This document shows, piece by piece, positions 53,151 through 64,000 of a DNA stretch of 64,000 nucleotides. The notes under the pieces are model-generated. The model did no database searches. It worked only from the letters and a program-made list of their open reading frames with translations, and was not told where the DNA came from. Within the stretch, counting starts at the first letter, position 1; the number at the start of each line of letters is the position of its first letter. Source of the stretch: Octopus vulgaris (taxonomy: Eukaryota); NCBI GenBank assembly GCA_951406725.2, contig OX597840.1, positions 18,104,001 to 18,168,000 on the forward strand, given 5' to 3'. The position numbers were made by a program, and so were the translations under genes.

Positions 53151-53233
53151 TCTCCTTTCTCCTATCAATGGATCTAAAGACAAAATAAAGAAAAAAATAT
53201 GGAAAACATTGACCGATTCCGATCTGTACTCAC

Positions 53234-53335
53234 CATGGCAAAGACGGGTCCAGATGACATATATGCCACAAGCTTATCAAAGAAACTTTTCCCTTTGTGT
53301 TCAGCATAGTGGGCTTCTAAAAGTTCCTTGGTTGG
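53234..53335 (-). CDS. Nucleoside diphosphate kinase (group I, NME1/2-like), internal exon
   Basis: [34 protein letters not shown]; acceptor tttgcag|, donor ATG|gtgagt; 102 bp, phase 0-0. Confidence 0.95.
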
Positions 53336-53585
53336 CTGCAAAGGAGAAATAAGAAATACACAATTAAGAAAATGATTTCATTTCATATTAAACCCTTATG
53401 GAACCCTTCTTCAAATGAATAACATTGCACAAATTGCTTCAAAAAATTTCGAAATTAATCAAAAAAATATGGTGTGGGGTTTCATAAAATAACTCCCTAC
53501 AGTGAGTGTGTTAAAACTCACTTTACTATGTCCCTTAGTCTCATCTCCCCAATTATTTCTAGTTAACTTTTTGATATTTCCTACA

Positions 53586-53813
53586 TTAACCCTTTAGCAT
53601 TTAAGCCGGCCATGTCCAACCCAAATATTCCACCTGTTTTATGTTCAAACGGGCCTAATCCAGCCCCTCACACCTACTCTACAATAACATTCTAATAATT
53701 AACAGTTACCTCATCAAAATCTCAAAGCCAAGAGATAATCCATGATTAATTCAAAGCAATGTGAATACATAAGCATTATTTTCAATGAAATAATTTGAAT
53801 ACCAAAGGGTTAA
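53586..53813. mobile_element. piggyBac-like MITE, family A
   Basis: TTAA-ccctttagcatttaa ... ttgaataccaaaggg-TTAA. Confidence 0.75.
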
Positions 53814-53889
53814 ATATATCAACACTAACTTAATTATCTCCTTGTCTTAAGTATTTCTAATTAACATTTTAATACTCCTTACTTGAAAT

Positions 53890-54264
53890 GGTGGATGTTG
53901 GAGATGGTTAGCACCAACAAGTTGGAATTTCTCTGTTTTGACAGTTTTCCAGATTTTTCTTTCACGGTGCCTTTGTAAATGATCTGGAGCATCTTTTTAA
54001 CAAAAAAATTTTTTTCTAAAAAATAGTTTCTTTTAACCCCACCCCTATCATCTTCCCCTCTCCAGACTGATTTTGGTTGAGAAGCCTTTTTTGTCAAGAA
54101 AAAAAGGAAAAAAAAAAAGTAAACATTTTCAGATGGTAAATTTTCACAATTTTTTTGGCTAAAAAGAGTATTTCCAAGGACACTGTGAAAAAAAAAAATC
54201 TGAAATATCCCCTTAAAAACGGAGAAGTTCCAACTTGTTGGTGCTACCTATCTCTGATGTCCAC
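53890..54264. mobile_element. MITE with about 50-bp inverted termini
   Basis: tagcaccaacaagttggaatttctctgtttt / aaaacggagaagttccaacttgttggtgcta. Confidence 0.65.
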
Positions 54265-54632
54265 TCATTATGTTAATACTAACTTAACTGTCTGTCTCAC
54301 CACATCACATGATCATGTGATCAACCAGACTATCAGATGCTGTTACACATCGCTGGTCACAATGCACTTTGCATCATTTTAGCCTTAAAATGACACCATC
54401 CCACTGGCTGGGTAAGCAGGCCGACATTCCCCACCAATCAAAAGAGGGGCAGGAGCAATGTGAAATGAAAGGCTTTCGTCAAGAACACAACACAACGCCT
54501 GGTCTGGGGACTGAACCCATGATCCAGTGATCACGAGTCCAGTAGCCTACCCACTAGGCCATGTGCCTTCATGCCTCACCACATAACTATTTCCAATTAA
54601 ACTTTTTAATACTATTTGCATATTTACTCTTA

Positions 54633-54845
54633 ATACGAGGGGTCCTGGAAAGTTCCTGGCTTTAGGGGTATCATGAAAGACCTGGTTGGGGGCCCAACCT
54701 TCCAAGTTCTTTAACAGGGCTTAGAATAACTGAAGGACCACTGCAATAAGTGTTTGAATCTGAGAGGGGAATATGTTCAATAAAACCATAACTGATTCTC
54801 CTTTATTTTCTTTTACCCAAAGCCAGGAACTTTTTAGCTCCCCAC
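54633..54845. mobile_element. Mariner-derived MITE (uninterrupted relative of the copy at about 45230-45930)
   Basis: tacgaggggtcctggaaagttcctggcttt ... aaagccaggaacttt; interior is the reverse complement of 45804-45930. Confidence 0.7.
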
Positions 54846-55282
54846 CCCTCAGCATGTCTAGGAAGGTTCAGACACAAAGTATGCTAGTCATTGTAGTGTA
54901 TGTGAAAGGAGAAAAACTTTTTTCTTTTATGATGATAGGGTGTTCAACACACTCAATAGCGAAGAAGATTCTGGAACACAGGCGTTTCAACATTTTGTGC
55001 CTTGTCAGAAGCACCTGGACCTTTGAGCCTAAACCAACCTACTGGCTTTGTTTATACCAGTGGTTCTCAACCATTTTTTTGCCTATGGGCCCCTTTGATC
55101 CTTATTTTGCTCTACTGGATCCCCATAACTTGTCATGTTTAAAAAGATCCCATTATATTTTTATAATAAAATCTCATTAGGTATTGTATAAAAAAAATTG
55201 TTTAAAGATTTTTTTTAATATTCTCAACATTAAATCTGTTAACTCTAACATAACTGTAGTTAACTTTTTAATACTCCCTACA

Positions 55283-55736
55283 TTAACCCTTTCAATACCA
55301 ACCCAGCTGAAACCATCTCCGGCTCTTTAGTACAAATGTCTTGTTTTTAAAAGTTCTGAATTAAAATCTTCCACCAAACCTTAGTCACAATTTATGTTCC
55401 TAACACTAGCTTAATGATAACTAAGTTATTTTACTAAATTCTTTGTTAATTGACAGAAACACAGAGCATCTCAACAGAAATATGGTAGCAAAAAGGTTAA
55501 AATATATAATGGAGAAACAATTCTTAACCCTTTCATTACCAACCTGGCAGTTCTGGCTCTGTAGTACAAATGTCTTGTTTTCATAAGTTCTGAATTAAAA
55601 TCTTCCACCAAACTTTAGTCACAATTTATGTTCCTAACACTAGCTTAATGATAACTAAGTTATTCTTTGTTGTATTTAAAATTAATTGAAGGAAACACAG
55701 AACATCTCAAAAGAAATACGGTAACAAAAGGGTTAA
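55283..55736. mobile_element. Two adjacent piggyBac-like MITEs, family B (55283-55500, 55524-55736)
   Basis: TTAA-ccctttc...aaaa(g)gg-TTAA ends; the two interiors are near-identical. Confidence 0.8.
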
Positions 55737-56363
55737 AATATGTCAACATTATAAAGTAACAATTGATTCTCATGCAGTAGAATGTGATTCTACTGCATGA
55801 AACTCAGTTTGGCAGATAATCAATTATCCACAATCTGTTGCCTAATTACATCACCAAACAGACTTGTTACCTAATTAAAAATCAACTTGCTAGCAAATAT
55901 TGGACAAGTCGACTGTGCAGTGTATTGTCACTCTACTAGATTTCATACCATCACATTTGTGAGGCCCAGCAAACTTAAATCTTACTTTTGCTGGTCCTCT
56001 CTTTATCTCGGACAAACATTATGTGGCCTTCATCCATCCAACATTCAGTGTAAACAGGGACAACAAATATTAGGGTTTGATGTGTGTGTCATCTAACAAC
56101 TGAGGAAGATGCATGGCTTGGTGGTTAGTGTATTTTGCTAGTGATTCTAAGGTTGTGAATTTGAATACTGGAAAAATCAGTCAAAGAATCTGCTGGGACC
56201 ACAATAGACAGAACGCTATTAATATTGTTTAAAAAAACATTATATGATATAACGTCATAAGTAGCTAACAGAAAGTGTAAGGATATTAATAGCGTTCTGT
56301 CTATCGCTATACAAATCCATCATTTTTTGCTAAAATGTCTTATTGACGAGTTTCGTTTTTTTC

Positions 56364-56449
56364 ACTTTCCTGAGGAGAAGATTGCATTGTTTATACCATT
56401 TATTCTTTTGAATAGTATCAGTGGAATTTTCGAAACATGTGTCGAAAGT
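56364..56449 (+). ncRNA. Type I hammerhead ribozyme with extended stem II
   Basis: actttc-CTGAGGA-gaagatt...aattttc-GAAAC-atgt-GTC-gaaagt. Perfect 6-bp stem I, 7-bp stem II base, self-complementary ACAUGUGU stem III, full catalytic core. Confidence 0.8.
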
Positions 56450-56638
56450 AAAAATATTTGATTACACCTGCGTTAACTCCATTTTTTATTCATATTATTC
56501 AAAATATTCAACGTAAACACGAAGTTTCTACCTTTATGAACAAGGAGTTACAACACCTTTACTTGTGAGATTTTTGCTGCCCTGGTAACTATTTATTTAT
56601 TTTTCCGTGTTAATTGTTAACAAGGTAAAAATACACTC

Positions 56639-56698
<60 letters not shown>

Positions 56699-58812
56699 AT
56701 GTATATATAGTCATGCTTTGGCTTAAGTCATTCTCAATAATAGGTCAATTTTCAAAAATAATATATGGAAAAATTAAAATCAAGTTAAGTCATTTTACTC
56801 GACTTTACATTTGTCTGCCACAAATATTGGAATCATAAAAGCACTAAAATATGTACAGTAAATGTTAAGATACACACCATAAAGTAGTGTAGTGTAGCAT
56901 GGAATGATGTACAGAGCACGACTATGAATGGTATATGAAAGAAGCTATGCCTGCAAATCATGAATGATTTTAAAGGGTTTGCTAATGTTGCCATCAACAA
57001 AACGTTGCTGAACTTTCAGCCAGTTTTCTAAGCGCATCAAACAACAAAAATAGTCAGCTGTTGATGATCCACAGCCATCTACATCCACAATGTAAACCAC
57101 CAAACTGTATGTACATATTGATTAATTAAAATAATTAAGTTTTTTTCACTATTGTGAAATAATAATAATGACTGAATTTGTTCTTTTAAGTTTAAAAAAG
57201 ACTTGTTTTACCATGTCTTATTGCAAACCACTTTCATAAATAAAACCTCTGTGATGTGTGGTAAACACTGCCTAATTATATTCATAAATTTAGATTACTT
57301 TTTTTTTACCGTACTGTATTAAAAAATAAAAATTATTTGTTTCTAAGCTTAAAATAGGTTTTTGTTAACCATGAATTATTGAAAATGCATTCATAAATGA
57401 AATACAGAACTGGGAATGGTTATTATTGGTTTAGCCTAGAGACAAGTTAGTTTGACTTAAGCCGTGTCTCCTGGAACCAATTAAGGACATAGGGTGAAGT
57501 ATGCCTGCATACACACACACACACACCCAAGACAGGCTTCTTTCAGTTTCTTATTTCTTTACTGCCCACAAGGGGCTACACACAGAGAGGACAAACAAGG
57601 ACAGACAAACGGATTAAGTCAATTTTATCGACCCTAGTGCGTAACTGGTACTTAATAAATCGACCCCAAAAGGATGAAAGGCGAAGTCAACCTCAGCGGA
57701 ATTTGAACTCAGAACATAACGGCAGACAAAATACCGCCAAGCATTTCGCCCAACATACTAACATTTCTGCCAGCTCGCTTCTTTCAGTTTCTGTCTGCCA
57801 AATCCACTCTCAATGCTTTGGTCAGCCAAGGGGACTATAGCAGGAAACACTCATCCAAGGTGCCACACTGGGACTGAACCTGAAAACACACGGTTGAGAA
57901 GCGAACTTTTTACCACACAGCCACACCCACACCTTCCGCACAGTTCTTTAATCAATGATATACAGATACAGACCCCAATCAATAATTAAAAACATAAGTG
58001 CATTACATCATTGCTATTGATTCCTGCCACAATCAATAATGCTGACATAACTAAACAAGCAATCATCATCATCATCATTATCATCTGCTTGGAGGGAGGC
58101 AAGATGGCAGAATTGTTAGCATGTGTGTGTAGCCCCCTCGGTGTATAGCCCCCTCGGTGTATAGCCCCCTCGGTGTATAGCCCCTTGTGGGCAGTAAAGA
58201 AATAGGAATTGTTAGCATGTAGAGCAACACGCTTTGCAGTTTTTCATATCTTCACATTCTGAGTTCAAGTTCTGCCAAGGTGGACTTTGCCTTTCATCCT
58301 TTCAGGGTCAATTAAATAAATACCAGTCACGCACTGGGGGTCGATGTAATCAACTTAATCCCTTTCCCAAATTTAAGGCCTTGCGATTCTAGTAGCAAAG
58401 ATTATTATCATCTACTTAACTACTACAAACAGACTGGTTGTTTGCCATACCAGTGGACTGCATTGGGCAGTCCACTCATATTTCCCCCCCTTGTATCATG
58501 GTCCTTCAACCGTAAACAGCACAGTGGTTGGACATGTTTTTGCAGAAGATCGTAAATGAGCAATGTCATTTGTATGATGGTGGTGTTTCTGTTGGATGCA
58601 TCATGTAAGTATACATGAGGCATAGGAGAGGCTATGTAGTAAGTAGCTTGCCACATGAATCACATGGTTATGAACCACATGGTTATGAACCACATGGTTC
58701 CGGGTTCATTCCTACTGCATGGCACCTTGGGCAAGTGTCTTCTACTATAGCCTCAGGCTGACCAAAGCCTTGTGAGTGGATTTGGTAGAGGGAAACTGGA
58801 AGAAGCCCGTCG

Positions 58813-58868
<56 letters not shown>

Positions 58869-59154
58869 TGTATGTATGTATGTATGTATGTATGTATGTA
58901 TGTATGTATGTATGTATGTATGTGTGTGTGTGTGTGTGTGTGAGTGAGTATATGTTTGTGTGTGTCTCCCCAACATCGCTTGACAACTGATGCTCGTGTG
59001 TTTACATCCCCGTAACTTAGTGGTTAGGCAAAAGGTACCGATAGAATAAGTACTGGGCTTACAAAGAATAAAGGCGGTGCTCCAGCATGGCCATAGTCAA
59101 ATGACGGAAATGAGTAAAAGAGTAAAAGAGACATTAAAGAATGATGATATAGAC

Positions 59155-59927
59155 CAGCGTTTCTCAACCAGGATTCCCCGGAACCCTAGGGTCCTGCAAA
59201 AGTTTCCTAGGGGTTCCTCAAGAAAGAGTGAGATAAGCTAATGTTAATTTCATGATTGTAATATGACTACACATGTACAACATACTACTGGTTATTGTAA
59301 TATAGATGGCAAGTTGGTGAAACATTAGCACGCCGGGTGCAATGCTTAGCGGTATTTCGTCCGTCTTTACGTTCTGAGTTCAAATTCTGCCAAGGTTGAT
59401 TTTGCCTTTCATTCTTTTGGGGTTAATAAATTAAGCACCAGTTGCATACTGGAGTTGATTTAATCGACTGGGCCCAGCCCCCAAAATTTTAGACCTTGTG
59501 CCTAGAGTAGAAACAAATATTGTTATATAGACATCATCCTATCTAAACCTATAATGTTATCAAAAAATATAACAACCACTATATGTGTGTGTGTGCGCGC
59601 GCATATGTTTGTCCCCCCAACATTGCTTGACAACCGATGATGGTGTGTTTACGTCCCTGTAACTTAGCGGTTCAGCAAAAGTGACCGATAGAATAAGTGC
59701 TGGGGTCGATTTGCTCAACTAAATGCGGTGCTCCAGCATGGCCACAGTCAAATGACTGAAACAAGTAAAAGAATAAAATACATATATATATATATATATT
59801 TGCCACGTGAACTACAATGAAAAGAATATGAGAAAGATATGGTATATAACTTTTTTGTGCATGGGTTCCTTGAGACGTGTAATCTATTTTAAGGGTTACA
59901 CAAGAGTAAAAAGGTTGAGAAACACTG
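59155..59927. mobile_element. hAT-type MITE carrying nested SINEs
   Basis: TIR cagcgtttctcaacc / ggttgagaaacactg; TSD not clear. Confidence 0.6.
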
Positions 59928-61970
59928 ACACACACATGGAAAGAGGAAATTAAAAACCCAAGTAAACACTTTATAAGCACTTTGTAGGGATCAAGCTTGG
60001 CTAACTAAGTTGTCCAGTGAAAGCCACTGTGATCCCTGTCAGCTACAAAATTACTTTCCACTGTCTGTCCAATTTGTAAATCCAAAGTTCAAACACTGAA
60101 TAGTTTTAGTACAAGGTCACAAAGTATAGAACAAGGACATTGCCATTATGACCAAAATAATTACCTACTGAATAACCTCTGTCTATACACCTCCTCTGTC
60201 TATTCAAATTGGTCAGTAATAGTTTAAATGGGGTAGGAACTTAGCCATAGACATTGAAGTTGACGGGTGGGATTGAATTGCAATTCCAATATGGTTTTAT
60301 ACATACCATTCCTAAATAGGTCTGCTGAAACAGCTCCCTCGCAGTTTGTACTAGTTAAATACTGTTAGTTTTACTACCATCTGTCTCCCCTTAACATATC
60401 ATCTATTCTAAGCAGTGGGGGTGTCAAATTTCTCTATCTCTCTGTAGAATCTTAGTTAACCAAATACAGAATTAATTAATATGCACAATCACTGCATCAT
60501 AGAATATTAAAGAGCCAATCTATCTGAAATGCTCTGAACAGATCAAAAAATTCTCTGTTCTTTGTTTTTCTTCTATACTCCGTGACTTTGTAATACATAT
60601 CATATATATATATACCTTTCATCTTTTACTTGTTTCGGTCATTAGACTGGTCATACTGGGGCACCACTTCGAAGAATTTTTAGTCGAATACATCAACCAC
60701 AGTACTTATTCTATCTCTTTACTCTTTTACTTGTTTCAGTCATTTGACTGTGGCCATGCTGGGGCACCGCCTTTAGGCAAGCAAATCAACCCCAGCACTT
60801 ATTCTCTGTAAGCCTAGTACTTATTCTATTGGTCGCTTTTGCCGAACCGCTAAGTTACGGGGACATAAACACATCAGCATCGGTTGTCAAGCAATGTTGG
60901 GGGAGGGGGATAAGCACAGACACACAAACGTATACACATACACACACATATATATATATATATATATACAGGCTTCTTTCAGTTTCCTTCTACCAAATCC
61001 ACTCACATGGCTTTGGTCTACCTAAGGCTATAGTAGAAGACACTTGCCCAAGGTGCCACGCAGTGGGACTGAACCTGGAAGCATTTGGTCCGTAAGCAAT
61101 CTACTTACCAAACAGCCACTCCTGGTTGCTTTTGCCAAACTGCTAAGTTTCGGGGGTGTGCAAACACACCAACACCGGTTGTCATGCGGTGGTGGGGGAG
61201 ACAGACAAATACACACACATGTACGACAGGCTTCTCTCAGTTTCCATCTACCAAATCCACTTGCAGATCTTTGGGCTATAGCAAAAGACATTTGCCCAAG
61301 GTGCCATGCAATCGTATGGTTGGGAAGCAATATGACAACGTATAAATAATGGCCATTACATATTTCTTTATTGTAGTAAATTCGACTGACAGCCATTTCT
61401 GAGAGTCGTTATACGTTCATTCATTGATTGGTTTAGTCCATCAGTTGAGAAAAATTGAACTTTAAAGAACTAATGGTATCCTCTGTGTGTGTGTGTGTCT
61501 GTGTGTGTGTGTGTAGCTTAGTGGTTAGGGTGTTGCATTCATGATGCATTATTTTCTTGAGCAAAACACTTCATCATTTCATGTTCCTCCCATTCACTTA
61601 GCTGCGACAGACCGGTTCTGTCCAGTGGGGTAGGTGCAATCAAGGCCTAGAAAGAGCGGGGCTCAGTTAGAGAATTGTCAGTGGGGTCCTTCTACTCTGC
61701 AAAAGCTGAAGACTGATGTTTTATGCTTCGTGTAGTATACCAGTCCCAACCAAAAAAGTGTTGAGGGCTTGGGGTTCCACTGTCAGCCACAATGACATAC
61801 TAAAAACGCATCATAGCATCCTCTGCTTGTGCATGTGTGTGGGGCCCAATTTCAACAAGTCTGTCTAATTGGCTTAAAACCAGCCCTGGGTGCAATGTAT
61901 ATGCCACAGAATCCAGAAAACCAAGTTCTTGGCTTGAGATAAACCTTTTAATTTTTCACATATATATATA

Positions 61971-62501
61971 CAGGGTGAGCCAAAATTAGTGCCCCAACTT
62001 GAGTCTTTGAAAATCCAATGATTTCGTAGGTACCGATCAAGGAAGTTTCTTACACATTTGTCATAATAAGGAGATGTTCCATCTTGCACAAAGATTTTGG
62101 AATGATGGTCTCGAAAATACTGCCAGATGATGTTCTCACACAACACTAGGTAACGATCACCATTCATGCACAAATTCCTGAAGATATCGCTGCCCAAATG
62201 ACAAGAAAAAGTGAGTTGACATGCTTTTCCCAAACCACTTTAGGGTCATTTTCTGAATAATAGAAGCAGTTATGGCCGTTGATGTGGCCGGAAACATAGA
62301 CGGTCGCTTCATCAGAGAAAATGAGTCGATCGAAAAATCTGGAATCTCTGGCTTCTGGCAGCATTCTCTCACAGAATTCAACAGGTCGAATAATCAATTA
62401 CATACAGAAATGATAACACCATGCATCAAGAAACTGTAGAACTAACAGACACATATAATTGGGACATCATAAATTTGGGGCACTAATTTTGGCCCACCCT
62501 G
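61971..62501 (-). mobile_element. Internally deleted Tc1/mariner-superfamily transposon (maT/DD37D-like)
   Basis: TIR of about 27 bp (cagggtgagccaaaattagtgccccaa / ttggggcactaattttggcccaccctg), TA flanks; remnants LIFSDEATVYVSGHINGHNC and FVQDGTSPYY. Confidence 0.85.
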
Positions 62502-62694
62502 TATGTATATGTGTGTGTGTGTGTGTGTGTGTATACATATATAAGCACATGAGTGGCTGTGTGGTAAGTAGCTTGCTTACCAACTACATGGTTCCGAGTT
62601 CAGTCCCACTGTGTGACTCCTACTTCTGCTATAGCCTCGGGCCGACCAAAGCCTTGTGAGTGGATTTGGTTAGACAGAAACTGAAAGTAGCGCG

Positions 62695-62750
<56 letters not shown>

Positions 62751-63593
62751 ATATATGTTTGTGTGCCTGTGTTTGTCCCCCAACATCTCTTGACAACCGA
62801 TGCTGGTGTGTTTATGGCCCCCGTAACTTAGCGGTTCAGCAAAACAGACCGATAGAATAAGTACTAGGATTACAAAGAATAAGTCCTGGGGTTGATTTGC
62901 TCCAACATGGTCGCAGTCAAATAACAAACAAATAAAAGAGTATATATATAAATTTAAATAAAGGTAAAAAAATTGATATTAATTTGATTAATATCAATCA
63001 TATTTGGTGGTACATTTTCTCTGCTGGGAAACCTCCGTCATCATTAATATCTCTTTCTTTAAAATTAGTTTACTTCGAATTTCCTGTTACCTCAATGTTA
63101 TAGATATCATACAAAGGTGTTAAGGTGACACGAAATGTACAAAATGCGGAATTGTTTTGGCGAAAACGTATATGACGCGACCTGTACAAGCTTTTACGAC
63201 ATGTACGTACGTACGTATGTATTATTATGTATGTACGTACACACAAATACACAGAATGTAATACCCACCCACCCCAATTTAACGAAATTAGGATTTAATG
63301 GACCGAATAATTGCTACATTTTGGTAAGGGTGAAAATCATAGATCCTTCTTATAATTTAAGAAACTGGCCTATATAGATTATTCCAAAAGCTCGACAAAT
63401 ATTTTATACTATGAATTAATGTCAAAGAAGATATTTAATTTTAAGATTATCTTAAAGAATTTTTTTTTACATTAAAAATATTTTACAAGGAGTAAAATTA
63501 TCCATTTATACTCTTTAGCCGACTCCAGCATTAACTAAGACACCTTGCACGTATCACCTTTAAGACCACTAAATTGAGGGTATATATATATAT

Positions 63594-63627
<34 letters not shown>

Positions 63628-64000
63628 GTATATGTATATATATGTATGTATATAGGCATACCTTTACAAGTGTGAACCCCCCTCCCCGCCTTATTTGACT
63701 TTGTTGCCTCATAACTTACAGAAAAATGGATATTTATCTACGAAATTTTCCACAAATACACTTCAGATGGTGTAGGTTTCGATTATATCAGAATCCTTTG
63801 AGAAAAACAATTTTCTTTTCTTTTGGGGTGGGGGAGAAGAGTTTCGAAACATTCACACGAGTCGGATAGTATCGACCTTTGCCTTGGGTATCCGTGGTAC
63901 CCCAGGGATTTTTTTTTTTTCAGTTATTTTCAAGTAATCAAGTATAAAACAGTTCGACATCTGCACAAATGAATACGGTATATACACAATATACACCTCC

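Noticed and set aside
55987-56092. Possible upstream NDK exon ending at a gtaag donor
   Set aside because: Stops in all frames from the nearest acceptor and no KPDG motif; at most a UTR exon.

Overview
AT-rich, microsatellite-dense animal DNA. The SINE and RTE-LINE repertoire suggests an octopus (inference only). Two host genes lie on the minus strand: a wolframin (WFS1)-like coding exon (7321-7539) and the last three coding exons of a group I nucleoside diphosphate kinase (53234-53335, 52104-52216, 50106-50223). Most of the rest is mobile DNA: three tRNA-derived SINE families, 5'-truncated RTE LINEs with a PHD-like finger inside the RT region, an R4/Dong-like fragment, mariner/Tc1 relics, and hAT-, piggyBac-, Merlin- and Helitron-like non-autonomous elements. 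The most striking unexplained structure is a set of at least seven mutually unrelated fold-back (long inverted repeat) elements, usually abutting (TA)n tracts. Several carry a type I hammerhead ribozyme motif with a palindromic stem III in each arm, one per strand, always reading from the loop outwards. Stand-alone hammerheads with an extended stem II also occur (41531-41655, 56364-56449). These look like non-coding Penelope-like-element derivatives able to form rod-like, ribozyme-bearing dsRNA. All folding and alignment was done by eye, and repeat boundaries are approximate.
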